NCBI RefSeq assembly: GCF_025526975.1
Contig: NW_026515675.1
Location: forward strand, 496,001 to 560,000
Length of the DNA: 64,000 nucleotides
Source of the DNA: Fimicolochytrium jonesii
Lineage: Eukaryota
Direction of reading: 5' to 3'
The translations under genes were made by a program, and so were the position numbers. Shown here piece after piece: positions 12,592 through 24,922 of the stretch. Under the pieces are notes generated by a model that saw only the letters and a program-made list of their open reading frames with translations, was not told the DNA's origin and searched no databases. Every line of letters starts with the position of its first letter. The stretch's first letter is position 1.

Positions 12592-13542
12592 TGAAAGGCG
12601 GGTATATACTGTATATAGGGGATCTCGGTTACAATAGAGTTGCAGGGCCTACGACAACGTAGGATCTCGACCTTGCCAAAACAAACCCCACACCCTGCCC
12701 GGCTTTCTGGCAGCTCACTCCGACTTCCACCCAGGGCTCTGCTGCTGGGGGAAGCCTCACAGATACAGTCACGGTGTTCACACACAACATGAAGTTTACG
12801 ACCGTCGACGGGACGTCGCGTGGTGACCTACGCCGCCCATTCAATTTCCAATTTGTCTTCCCGCCGCATCCCGACCATGTGCGTTGGCCCACTACCTTAG
12901 TACTTTTACCACATTCCGACGAGACAAGCCACACCTTTCCCACTATATACCGGCGAACTCGCACCCTCGGTAGTAAATAACTTGTTGTCGAGTTTGCCAG
13001 AGGTTGATGAGTGTTCGAGTCTTGAAGAGAATGGGTGGCGGCGGCACCGTCAACCCGAAATCGAAAGCCACAATCGCGACGCGTTCGACGCGCACAAGAT
13101 CGCGCTCCGTTAATGCCAGAGTGCGAGCACAGTGCACCGGGTGCTTGACCAGCACACGCACCTTGTGAGAGAGACAGACTGAAGTGCGGGGACAGTCGCG
13201 CACCAGCCGCCGTTGTAAGATTGTGGTCCAAGAAGTCCTCTCCCGTCGCGACGCTCGTCTTTGGGCGCTGTGTGCTTGCTCCACAATGAGTCCACATCGG
13301 GCGCAATTTGGACTGAAAACCACTTCCTCATAGCATATAATATATAGTATATATACGGGAATACCCATCATCACTGAGGGGGGGCCACACACGGTTCATG
13401 GACTTCAACTGATTGTGCGCGAAGACCCGGTGTTCTCCCAACCGTATTCACGAGCTGTTCAAAGAGAGACCCTCCGCCGGTCCACCCTTTCGCCATTTTC
13501 CCACGGCCTCACGGATACTTTGAAGAGTGCACATACAATATC

Positions 13543-16500
13543 ATGGATGGGTACGGCGACCCGGGTTGGTTTTCACTGAAGGCTGGGGTGGGAGAAGAAG
13601 ACGGTCCGGCAAGAGCCAATGCGGGTATTATCGTCCCTCTGGCGACCTTCTTTTCCGTCGGAGGAGTGTGCTTCATGATATTCTGCTTCGTACGAAATGT
13701 CTTTCGAGACATCTACTCCCCAAGACGATTCCTTGCTGGGTATGTCGTTGAATCTGACCGGGTCTGCAATTCCCTTATATTTCTTGCTCACGCATCGTAC
13801 CATACAGTGGACGACCGCCACGACTACCGGACGGAATTTTTGCTTGGGTACCGATTCTACTTCGAATGCCAGAGTCGCTGCTAATAGCGCAAGTCGGTCT
13901 GGATGGTGTCATGCTGCTGCGATACTTCAAGATGGGAGCGCATCTGTTTGGCGTTCTTAGCTTGTTCGGGCTGTTGATTGTTGCGCCCGTAAACTACTAC
14001 GCCAACCCGCCGTCATACGTCAACTCGACCGGAATCTTGTTCGAGGATATCATTCTGCCGGCAATGACGGTAGAAAACGTCCCCAAACAGTCGCCAGCAC
14101 TCTGGGTCCACTTGTTCTTCACGTGGTTCTTCTCGATGGTCGCCTATTCCTACCTGATATCGTACTACCGCGGACACGTAGATCTGAAGCTCAAATCTAT
14201 CGAGCACGTTCTGCGCCATACGCGAATGAGCAAGATCGAGCTACGGTCGATTATAGTCTTTGGCATCCCGACCGAGCTCCGGCACGAGGTGGATCTCGCT
14301 GCTTTCTTCGAGGGATTGGGCATCGGGAATGTGGAGAACGTTGTGATTTGCAGGAAGTGGTCGCACCTGCGGGCAGCTGTGCAGAAGCGAGCCCATTACC
14401 TGACGCAGTTGGAGAAGGTCTACGCGCAGGTGATGCGCAATCTGGGAAAGAGGCCTCATCGGTTTGGTTTACCTTTTTCTGGTAACGGCGCCTCATCAGT
14501 CAACGCAGCGGGATCTGGAGGAACTCTCGATTACAACAATGGTGGACACTCTTTGAACGGCAGTGATCTCAGAGGCGGAGATTTCGGAAATGACGATGAT
14601 CCTCTTGGTGCAGCACGACCCTTGCTCTCAGAGCAACGGCGATTTTCCGCTGCTTCCGACAGCGACGGAAGTGTTTTCGAGATCATGAGTCGCTTGGACG
14701 CCATAGACCCCAGGAATCGCCCCACCCATCGAACTGGGTTTGCAGGTTTGATGGGACCGAGAGTCGATTCCGCAGAGTACTATGCGGGCAGGTTTCAGGA
14801 GTGGGACCGAAAGGTGGCCAGGTTCAGGAAGTTTCCGGAGGCTAGTCCTGCTACTTCCGCCGGCTTTGTCACCTTTGAATCTCCCGAAAGTGCGGTACGT
14901 TTCTTGTCGGGAAGCTGTATTTTGCCTACAGCACTGTGAGCAAGACCGCTCATCCTTGGAAGCATTTAGATCCTGGCATCCCAAGTTCTCGTTCACAAAC
15001 GTCCCTTCGCATGCATGGCCCGCCTAGCACCCGAGCCTCGCGACGTGTACTGGGACAACCTCTCCGCAAAAGGAGCGGATAGCTACATCAAGATGTTGCG
15101 ATCTGTGTTCGTGACCGGCACCCTGGTTCTCCTGGTGTTCTTTTCTACTTTGATCGTGTCCACTATCACGGCGTTGATCAGTCTGGATACATTCCCGAAC
15201 TTGAAAGACTTCCTCAAAGAGCTGGGACCCGGTTGGACGCAGTTCATTCAGGGAGTCATACCCGCCGTAGTCACCGCTACTTGGACGTCTAGTCTACCTG
15301 CTGTACTTATCCGTAAGTACACTGGGAAAAAGACTTTCATAGCTAGTGACGATCTCGCAGGCTAACAGTCTATTTGTCATCTTGTAGTGCTTGCTCAAGT
15401 GCAAGGTCTCGAAGCACAAAGCTGGATCGACGCTTCCGTTTTGTCCAAGTACTTCTTCTACCAGATCTGGAACATTCTGTTTGTGCAAACCGTCGCGACG
15501 AAAATCTGGCAGACCCGATACGACATCATTCGGCACGGCCCAGGAGAGATCATTGATATTCTGGGCAGCTTGGTACCCTCTGTGAGTATCGATGTACTAA
15601 GAATCTGCCCGCAAATGACTGCGGTCCTAATCTACGTACGTACATAGGGATCATCTGTACAAATCAACTACGTCATGCTCTTGGCCACCGCCGCATACCC
15701 AGCACAACTCCTCCTAGTCGGCCCACTCATCCTGACATGGCTGTACCGCGCCTTGTCCTGGCGACAGAGCACACCCAGACAGATATCCGATGCCTACTAC
15801 CCGAGTGTCCTCACAAGCATCAACTACGGGATCGTATACGCCGTCCCAATCCTCGTCTTTTGTGTCGGGATCACGTACGCGCCTGTGGCGCCATTGATTT
15901 TGCCGTTCTGTGCGTTGTTCTACATTATTGCGTATTTTGTCTACAAGGTATGTGATCCACAACTCGGTTCCTGCAACTTCGTCAAATGTTGCTGACTGCT
16001 GTGTTGTCTCCATTCAGTACATCCTCTTGTATGTGAACATCCCTCGGTACGAAACGGGCGGAAAGCATGCGCCGCAAGCCGTGCGTCGTTCGTTGGCGGG
16101 CATTTTCATCATGCAACTGACCATGATGGGTTGTCTGGCGTTGAAAGCTGGATCCGGGATCACTTCGAAGCCAGACAAAGATGCATCGCAGGAGATGCTG
16201 AGATCCGACGACAAGAGCAGGCTGCTCTGGAGCGGTTACGTCCAGATGGTTGTCGGCGTGGCTCCGCTGTTACTCATCACTAGCCTGGTGTACTGGTGGT
16301 TCCAGCACGGTTTCGAGAAGATTGTAACACATATCCCCCTCGAGATCGTCGGAGGCGTCGCTAAGGACTTGGCGAAGCAACGCAACGATGAGGCGGCTAC
16401 GCGGCGTAACAGGATGTCGGTGGGAGGGGAGGATCATGGGAAGGAACTAGCCACGGTCTCTGCGCCTGCGCCCAACAACAAGAGCAACGGCACAACATCA

Positions 16501-17421
16501 CGAGCAAATAAACGAGTCTCAATCAAAGCCACGCGCGGTCGAGTAAAGTCGGGTAGCGTTGGCGGGCCAGAAGGCAGGCATCCCACAGAGCACATATGTG
16601 ACGGTGATGGCGTGGATGACTCCCGAGACTCGTCAGCGGACATGATGACGCCTCCCGGGAGGACACGTCCATCTGCCGCAGATAGTGCTTCGTCGCCCGG
16701 TGCCAATCCCCGTACACCCACCAACGGAGGGTCGACCTTCGGTGGTCGCAAGTCATCCTCACCGTTCCGCCTCGGCATCCTTGCAGAAACGTCGTCAGCG
16801 CACGACGATGATGACATGTACCGGTATGAGGACGGGCCAAGTGGAGAAGGGACGTTTGAGAGCACCGCCGACACTGTGTCGGAATATACCATTGGAATCG
16901 AAGACCCGCAGACAAGCATGTTTGATGATCCAAGCTTCTTAACGACAGTTGAGGACAGCACACCGACGCCGCATCTCGAGCCGCCCATGACTCGTGTCGC
17001 CGGAATCCTGGATGCACCCTTTATCTCAGCAAGCGCTATTGTCCCCGCCGGAGACGAGGCCGATAATGCGACGAAAATCAACGAGCATGACGATCTGCAA
17101 TTACACACATACGTCCATCCAGCACTAATAGGGCGACTCCCAGTGCCATGGGTCCCCGGCGCCACGCAACCGCGGCGATGCCGGGAAGCGCGCGAAGAGA
17201 TGAGTAAGAGTCAGCGCAACTGGTACTCTAGAATCGTAGGTAGACAACGCGTCGGGGTGTGGGAGCTGGGAGCCGATGACGAGACGGTGGATATCGCATC
17301 GCAGCGCTCCGATAGTGGAGGTCTTAGGAGAAGAGGGAGGCGGAACAGCCTCAGTGTTGTGAGGAAGGTTATGAGTTTTGTAGACGGCGTGACGAGTTGG
17401 GCGCATCTTAGTATGAGCTGA
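13543..17421 (+). CDS. OSCA/TMEM63/CSC1 (RSN1-like) mechano/osmo-sensitive cation channel
   Basis: IYSPR, GLDGVMLLRYF, LWVH, AGFVTF, APEPRDVYWDNL, YAPVAPLILPF, RYETGG motifs across several exons; long disordered C-tail. Confidence 0.92.
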
Positions 17422-17662
17422 ATCCGGTGTAATCCATTTCCGAGTCGTCGAGGTATTTCCCCTTCCCCCCTGGCTTAGCAGGCGGCGAGTTTCCGAGACG
17501 ACGGAAGACCTCATCAATACCCAAATATCATATATTCTCGTTGTTTCCATTGTGCTTCAGCTCAAGAGGGAGGCGTGTTCCCCACCCCTACCCCCACCCC
17601 GCATACTATCGTCTCGTTCCTTTGGATGCCCTTCTTCGATCCAATGACGCTCCATCACGATT

Positions 17663-18679
17663 TCAAGGTTCCCTCGACTCGGAAACAAACCATCTCGTAT
17701 CACAACTGATCCGCCAGCGCGGTGGCGCCGAGACGTTCGTCGCGGAACAATGAATCGTCCGATTATTCACCAAGATAACATCTCCCATCTCCATATCATC
17801 CGTGACCCAATGCAACGCAGTCGAATCGGTTACATTAAACTTCGACGCGATTTCGTTCGGATCCGCACAGAGGTATCCCGAGACGGTTCCGTCCTTCCCA
17901 ACTGAAGAGTTCCCGTAGGTCCCGTGCAGGTGTGAGAAGGCTGGCGAGGTATGGGAACCCGGAACGAGGAGGAGGGAGCCCAGAGAGGTTTGGATGTCAT
18001 CCAGAGGTAGCCATATGGTTTGCAGGTGCGGAAAGTAGACTTTGTCAATGTGTGGGCCGGTGTTTTGGCCAGGCGGCACCGCCCGAAGCCATTTGTATGG
18101 ATGCGCCCTGATCGTCAATGGTGATGCTGCACTTTTCGTTGCCTTCCTCCTAGTCTCACCATCGCAACCAGCTGAAGCACATGGCGAAAACACAGCCTCC
18201 AAGAGCTCGAAAAGCTTCGGATGCTCCAGCACGTTCAAAACGGGCTCTGCCCTCGCCAGTTCCTGTCGATTTAACAACTGCGGTCCCTGACCGTCTCGCT
18301 CCAGCTCAAGGATGTCCGCCTGGCTGGCGAGGTCGGCACCATGATGTGAACCCACGAACCCGTTCCCTCGCATATCGGACAGGATCCTTTGCCGCGCTTT
18401 AAGAACGTCCCTCCGGTCCAGGTAGCCTTTCACGTAAAGGTATCCGTCGTTTTCGAAATTCGACCGGAGAATGTCAACCGAACTATCGGGCGGCGTGGGA
18501 CGCATTTGAGAAGCAATCACTGACCCTCCGCCCGCCTTTACAGTTCGAGGGAAGGCGGCTACTGAGGCGCATGCTGTTGGATTGACGAGCATATGTCTTG
18601 AAACCGAGCGAGGTACCGATTGTGTGCCTGCTTTCCCTTTTGCCTTCTTGAAAGGACTTCGACGCCTTGGAGGTAACAT
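17663..18679 (-). CDS. Phytanoyl-CoA dioxygenase (PhyH)-family 2OG-Fe(II) oxygenase
   Basis: FENDGYLYVKGYL, KWLRAVPPGQNTGPHIDKVY (HxD), IWLPLDD..GSLLLVPGSH, MEMGDVIL..IHCS..N..RISCDTRW; start placed at MLPPRR (uncertain; frame stays open to 19441). Confidence 0.85.
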   Translation of the reverse strand: MLPPRRRSPFKKAKGKAGTQSVPRSVSRHMLVNPTACASVAAFPRTVKAGGGSVIASQMRPTPPDSSVDILRSNFENDGYLYVKGYLDRRDVLKARQRILSDMRGNGFVGSHHGADLASQADILELERDGQGPQLLNRQELARAEPVLNVLEHPKLFELLEAVFSPCASAGCDGETRRKATKSAASPLTIRAHPYKWLRAVPPGQNTGPHIDKVYFPHLQTIWLPLDDIQTSLGSLLLVPGSHTSPAFSHLHGTYGNSSVGKDGTVSGYLCADPNEIASKFNVTDSTALHWVTDDMEMGDVILVNNRTIHCSATNVSAPPRWRISCDTRWFVSESREP

Positions 18680-20257
18680 TTCAACAATGACAATCCGCGA
18701 TTCACCGCGAGACTTGTGTGAAGCCAGGTGAAGCACTTTACTGTACATACAGTATGATAAAGAACCGAGAGCTCGTCGCGTTTTCTTTCCCACTTCTCCG
18801 GGTTGCCCACCCAAACTTCGGTTCGCACCGACCAATCTGACCACTTGACAAGGATTGAGAACACTCTCACGCAACGGGGGCGCTCTCCCGGAAGTGGAAC
18901 TCCCTCGAAGGCCTTTGGGTGTGGACCAGGTGCGAGAAGCAACCCAAGGTGACTGTTTATCTCCCGCCAAATCTGGACATGGCCTACGCTTCCCACTCTT
19001 TCGCAGACGCACACATCCCCTCAACCGCCCATCTTGTTGGACCGACCGCGCTCTAGACCGGGTACGTAATAGTATAAGAGGACGAGATGGACGGATGATG
19101 CACAGCCCATCATGGCAACTCTTGGCTGCCGTCCGCGCGTCCATACTCGCCATGGCAGATGGAGAGACAGCGGCGGTGGACTTATTAAAGCGAAAATATG
19201 AAACAAGGGCGAGTGGCTGCCAAAGAAGAGTGGATACCAAAGACGAGAATCTCGATACCAAAGAAGGGATAAGGAGGAAGGATGCGGTGCTCGCGAGCAA
19301 GTCGGACCATGTCGGCCCCATGTTTCTTTGTAATGAGTGTTTCTCCCTAGACTGGTGGCGCGGCATATGGGTCTGGAGGTCAACGGCGCAGGATGTGAGA
19401 TATTTACTACCCGCTTTCAAGCGTTGATTTCTCAGAATCATTTACCTAAGAACACACGATCAGAACACATGCCGGACCCTCCTGGTCAGAGGGTCTCAAA
19501 GGGTCCGAAGTTCTCCAGGGCTCTCGAAACTTCTGCTCCGCTTGGTAGGCCTTAGTGTCGGATTCTCCATGGGATTCGTAGTTTACTGTCAATCCTTGCT
19601 GGCAGCTGTCGCTTCTGCTGCAAGCCAATGCGACCCGAGTCCTTCCGTGTATACCTAATATGTGTACCTTCCATATCAGCCGCAAGGGTTTTGATCCGCT
19701 CCTGGATGCCCAAGCACCAGCGAGCACGATCAAAAGCAGATGCCTTTGCTGGAGCAGGTGAGCAACAAGCCGAGCCTTTAGCAAACTTTGCTTCGGGCTC
19801 TCAGAAAGCACCGGCAGGCATTGGAAGTAAGCTGCTCCGCTCATTCACACTGGGGCAACCCAAGCTTGAGTTCGGGACATGTTCCCACCTTCGCAAGCAG
19901 CCCTACCTCAGGCTTGGATAGGGAATGCAAACCGCTATGGCTGTCAGTCGGGCTTCTGCCTTGCAACTGCACGTTCCATCAGCCATTTTCCATGGAAAGC
20001 CCCATCCTGCTTGCGTCTTCAGATTCAGTTTTTCAGGTGCTTTGCATTCAGGGCGGCTCCCTACTCAACGCTGCTCCCAATTGGAGTGTTCTGGAAAGTC
20101 CAAGCTCCCCTATCGAAACCATAATAGTGGAGAAATACGACACCGTTGGCTCAAAGAGCAAAACCATTTAACAAATTGCCGAGCATCGCCAACTGCGTGA
20201 CAAAAGAGAGAAGTAAAATGATTTCTATGTGCTGTGGTGCTGCAATAAATTGGGGGC

Positions 20258-21271
20258 TCAATCGAACCCTCGTCGGGCAAGGCTTGCGCGGTCGCCGCCG
20301 TGGTGTTGCTCAGGCCAGGCTGTTCTGGGCTTCTCAAAATACATGATGTCCGCGCGAACCGCATACTTTATGCCTTCCTTGACCACCAACCCTGCGTGCA
20401 CCAGATCCTGTGAGAATATCAGTGCCCGCCCCTTCCTGGGCTCGACATCAAAGTGCTTCATGGTCTCCGCATTCAGAAACCTTGTCGCCCCGCCCGTCAT
20501 GTTGTCTGTGCCGAGATAAATCATGAGAGTGAGCTTGCTCTGAAGAGTGCCATCCAACCGATGGATGGTAAACGGGGCGTCAGCATGAGCGGCAAAAGAT
20601 TGGCTCGGCGTGTATTTGTTGAAGCGGAGTTGAGGGTTCAATCCCCGGACCTGGAGAGCGTCGCCAGTCGCGCCGCCCGGTAATTGTGGCGGGACATAGG
20701 GAGATATTTCGTTCCATAGCCATGTAATCTTATGGATATCACCAGTCATTACACTCGAGTCGGACCGGATAAGTATGTTCGACACAAACACCCCAAACTT
20801 GTTCGCCGGTGGGGACGAAAAGTGAAGGCTTTCTGCATAGGCCACCAGGTCTGTGCACTGGGCGTCGCTTAGCAAGTCGTCGATTATAATGAGATATCGA
20901 TCAGGAGTCGATAGACCTAAGGTTTCAAGAAGGTTTACACTGGCCACACGCGGTTGCGTCGCGGGTTGAGGCCAGGTAGCGTAGTCCAATAAGCAGCTTA
21001 AAAGCGGCTGCGCGGATTTTGGATTAGGTGGATTCGGCAAGGGCCTCGTGAGGACAAGGAACGTGTGGTCGGGAGGGTGCGTTTGCGGAGTTTTGTGGGA
21101 GAAACATTGGTCACAGAGGTCAAAATCGGGGCAATTGCCACACTTCAGACGGAACACCCCGGGGAGCGGGTCGGCCTTGCATGCATCGCAAACTACGCCG
21201 AGGTGGAGTGAGTACGGCGACTGCTGAACAAGAGGGGCTTGGGCTTGGGCTTGTGGTTGTTGTGGGGGCAT
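20258..21271 (-). CDS. ZZ-type zinc finger fused to a prolyl-4-hydroxylase-like 2OG-Fe(II) oxygenase
   Basis: HLGVVCDAC..RLKCGNCPDFDLCDQC..HPPDH (ZZ), then IDDLLSDAQC, GLNPQLRFNKY..FAAHAD (HxD), LTLMIYL..GGATRF..PRKGRALIF..HAG..VKEGIKYAVRADIMY; no intron needed. Confidence 0.88.
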   Translation of the reverse strand: MPPQQPQAQAQAPLVQQSPYSLHLGVVCDACKADPLPGVFRLKCGNCPDFDLCDQCFSHKTPQTHPPDHTFLVLTRPLPNPPNPKSAQPLLSCLLDYATWPQPATQPRVASVNLLETLGLSTPDRYLIIIDDLLSDAQCTDLVAYAESLHFSSPPANKFGVFVSNILIRSDSSVMTGDIHKITWLWNEISPYVPPQLPGGATGDALQVRGLNPQLRFNKYTPSQSFAAHADAPFTIHRLDGTLQSKLTLMIYLGTDNMTGGATRFLNAETMKHFDVEPRKGRALIFSQDLVHAGLVVKEGIKYAVRADIMYFEKPRTAWPEQHHGGDRASLARRGFD

Positions 21272-22467
21272 GTTTTTCGAATCTCCGGCTGGAAAGTGTA
21301 AAGAAAGTGAGAAGACTTCCTGCATTACTACGTACGTATATAAAAGCTTCCCATCACGTGCGGGCACATACAACTCGTTTATTTGCTTTGAGTTTTATTT
21401 TCTTGGGCTACGCGGGAAAGTGGCACGAGATCGACCGATGGATGGGAGGGAGCTCGGTGATCTGGCAGGTCACGGTGATGGGCTGAAGGGATCTCAACAT
21501 AACCACGACGATCTTGTACGCTGTCGATACGCAAGTAATGTTTCACGTCGGCATCAGCAAATGCTTATTTACTGTACACTACCTTAATGAATATGGAGCT
21601 GAAACATTGGCGTAGGGCAGCCCGCTGGTGGAAGCTGACCTTTTTTGATCTTGACCGGAATTGAAGGCTGTGTTGCACGTACAGTATGCACACGAGCTAT
21701 AGCTGCTTCATGTACAGTACTAATGTATGGTCCATACACGGAAGTCGGTTTGACGATGCCTTCGGTCGTTTCCCCTTGCGTGCGCTGGTGAGTGAGAGAA
21801 GGTCAGCAGCCGGGAGGCTTGCAGGCGATGAGGCGAAATTTGGGTGGCAAATAAACAATGCGGAGTTGGAACCATGATGAAACCTGCCAGCCTGGGCGCG
21901 TTTCTCGCAACAGCGCTGACGCCTCACAAATGATGGGATGGCCCGGGATCATGGATTGATGGGCGCCGAGGGGTGCGGTCACAGGGGAAAACCTTAAACA
22001 GCCACAAACAACACCAACCTTGAAACTTTCCCCGGCTTCCCATATGCCGGCGCCGCGGCGTGCCTCCGATCTGGCACCGAAACGTCTGCAAATGCACAGC
22101 GATATCAGCCAAGATGTGTATTTTGCGCGCTTGCGGCGTGCGCTACTTGCAGTCCAGCAAGGGGGTTGGTTACAAGGCAGGAAATCTTGCGGCATGAGGT
22201 GGCTGCGCGGGGCCCAGGCCCCTCGTTGGGTCCGGTACCCCACAACGATTCGGTGTCCCGTCACCATCCTCTGGCGACGAATATATAAACGCCGAGCCTT
22301 GCTGCCCCTCTTCCCCCAGAATCATTTTGCCTCATCCTCTCTGTAGCTGCTGGACAGTCTACGAGCCCTCAACTTCACACATCGCGGAACCAAGTTGATC
22401 CCCTCCCATACCCCATTTCACGAACCCACCCGCACATCGCAATCCAACACAACCGCTCGCTGAAAAC

Positions 22468-24383
22468 ATGAGCGGCAAACTTCATGAAGCCGTCCCGGTG
22501 GCAACCACCGCCACACATGTTCACTCCTCAAAATCGTACGCATCCCGCCTGCCAGTACCTCTTCAAAGGATCTTTTTCGTCAAAGATATCGATGTCATGC
22601 ACGCGCAGATGGCTACCGTCCAGTATAAGAAGACGCTTACCGCTCTGGATCTGACCCTCCTTGGTGTTGGTGCCATCATCGGTGCTGGAATCTTTGTCTT
22701 GACTGGAGTAGCAGCGGCCAAGCATGCCGGACCGGCATTGATTATCTCGTTCATCATCGCTGGTGTCGTTTGTGCCTTGGCCTCCCTGTGCTATGCTGAG
22801 ATGGGATCGATGATCCCAGCGTCCGGGTCGGCTTACTCTTTCACATACGCCGGGCTGGGTGAGGGTCTCGCTTGGATTTGCGGATGGGATCTCATGCTCG
22901 AATAGTAAGTTTGATCCCTCCGATGGACTGGCTATTCGCAATGTATTGTCCGATGACTGCCATTGACTCACTTCTTCACTCCCTTTTCTTAGCATGGTCG
23001 GAGCAGCCACGGTCGCCGTCGGATGGTCCCACTACCTCAAAAACTTCATCATTCAGGTCGCGGGTGAAGGCTCGTACGACGACAGATTCTTCAACGCACC
23101 CTTCAAGTGGTACGAGGTCGGAGAAACCAAACAGGGCGTTGAGCTGACATCTGCCCAGTTCGGACTGAAGTACTTCAGATGCGGAGGAACTTTAGAAGCC
23201 CCCGAATGGTGCAACTCGTACGTCGATTTGCCTGCAATTGCCATCGTCATCCTCGTCACCGCCCTTCTCGTCGTCGGCATCCGGTCCTCTGCACGCGTCA
23301 ACGCTGGCCTCGTAGCATTGAAAGTGACCGTCGTCATCATGTTCATCTTCGCCGGTCTGAAGTTCATCAAGAACGAGAACTACCAACCCTTCATCCCGGA
23401 GAACGAAGGTGAAAAGAAGTACGGTGTTTCGGGTATCTTTGCCGGGGCCGTCACGGTTTTCTTCGCCTACATCGGCTTCGACGCTGTCTCCACAACCGCC
23501 CAAGAAGCCAAGAACCCGCAGCGCGACCTGCCCATTGGAATCATCGGTTCTCTCACCATCTGCACCGCTTTGTATGTCGCCGTCTCGGCCGTTTTGTCTG
23601 GGCTCCTGCCTCTCTCTCGGATCGCTGAAGAAGATGTCATGAACGCCCCTGTCGCTCAAGCGCTTTACATCGCTGCCCAAGGCCAGGGTGTCAACTTGAA
23701 GTGGTTGACAATCATCATCACCATCGCCGCGATCGCCGGACTTTCGTCTGTCATCCTCGTCATGTTAATGGGTCAACCCCGTATCTTCGCGGCCATGGCT
23801 GCCGATGGCTTGTTGCCGTCAGTTTTCGCCAAGATCCACCCTAAGTTCGGCACTCCTTACATCACTACCATCACCACGGGCTTCATTACCTTGCTTTTCG
23901 CGGGGTTGTTGCCTGTCGACATTCTCGGAAATCTGACATCCGTCGGAACGTTGAGTAAGTTTCTCGCTTGTCTTGCCAAACGAGCTGCAGCGCACTTTGC
24001 TAAAGAGCATATCCTATTCTCTTCTTCCAGTGGCGTTCTTCTTCGTTTCGCTCTCCTGTTTGGTCTTGAAGATCAGGGACCCTCATCGTCACCGTCCTTT
24101 CGCCATCCCTGGGGGAAAGATCGGAGGGATTATCATCCCAGTCTGTAAGTATTCATTTCCTCAAAATCGCTCCATTCATCCCGAATTTGACGCTAACGAT
24201 GGCTCTTCTTATCCAGTGTCCATGGCGGCCGTCATTGTTCTCCTGAGCCAGACAAGTACCGCCTCGATTGCCCGTGTATTCATCTGGATGGCTTTGGGTG
24301 TGGTCATCTACTTGGCATACGGTTACCGCCACTCCAAGGCCCGGTTCGACCCTGCGCGGACTCTTCACCATATTGACGGTTGA
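22468..24383 (+). CDS. APC-superfamily amino-acid permease, CAT/YfnA-like
   Basis: LGVGAIIGAGIFVLTG, AGPA, LCYAEMGSMIPASGSAYSFTY, GWDLMLE|Y, FFAYIGFDAVSTTAQEAKNPQRDLP, QPRIFAAMAADGLLP; three introns; TATA ATATATAAA near 22281. Confidence 0.93.
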
Positions 24384-24922
24384 GGCGTTTGGCAATTTCC
24401 CTTCCCTTCTTTGGGAACTGCGTTTGCCGTACCTTTGTAATTGTCAGTTTCTTTTGTACGAAGTTTCTGGGAAACTTCCTTTATAATCAGAGAAACGCCG
24501 GATACTTGCTGCACTCCGCATGACCTTCAACTTTTGCGCTCGCGCTGGCCTCTTTGATATCTAGTGGGTTGGATATCTTGTTTATCTGGGTATGCGATAT
24601 CCGTTCTCAGAGCGCCTATGCTGCTTGGGTTCTGCTGCGAAGAATGGTCGGAATTCTGAAGAGGGTGCGTAATGGAAAGACGCGCCACCATGTGGCAAAC
24701 AGCAACGCGAACGTCGTTCAAGTTCGGACAACGGCACTCAACATCAAGCTGTTGCGTTAGGTAAACGCAAAAGCTCACGCATAAGTACAGTACCTTCGGA
24801 AGCAAAGAAAACAACCGCTGCCTGTTATAGAGCCCGGAAGCACCTACCGATTTCAATAACGAAAGCGGCCCGAGGCTTTGGTCTCACAGTGGAAACCAGT
24901 TGTGGCTTCTTCGGCAAAGGAA

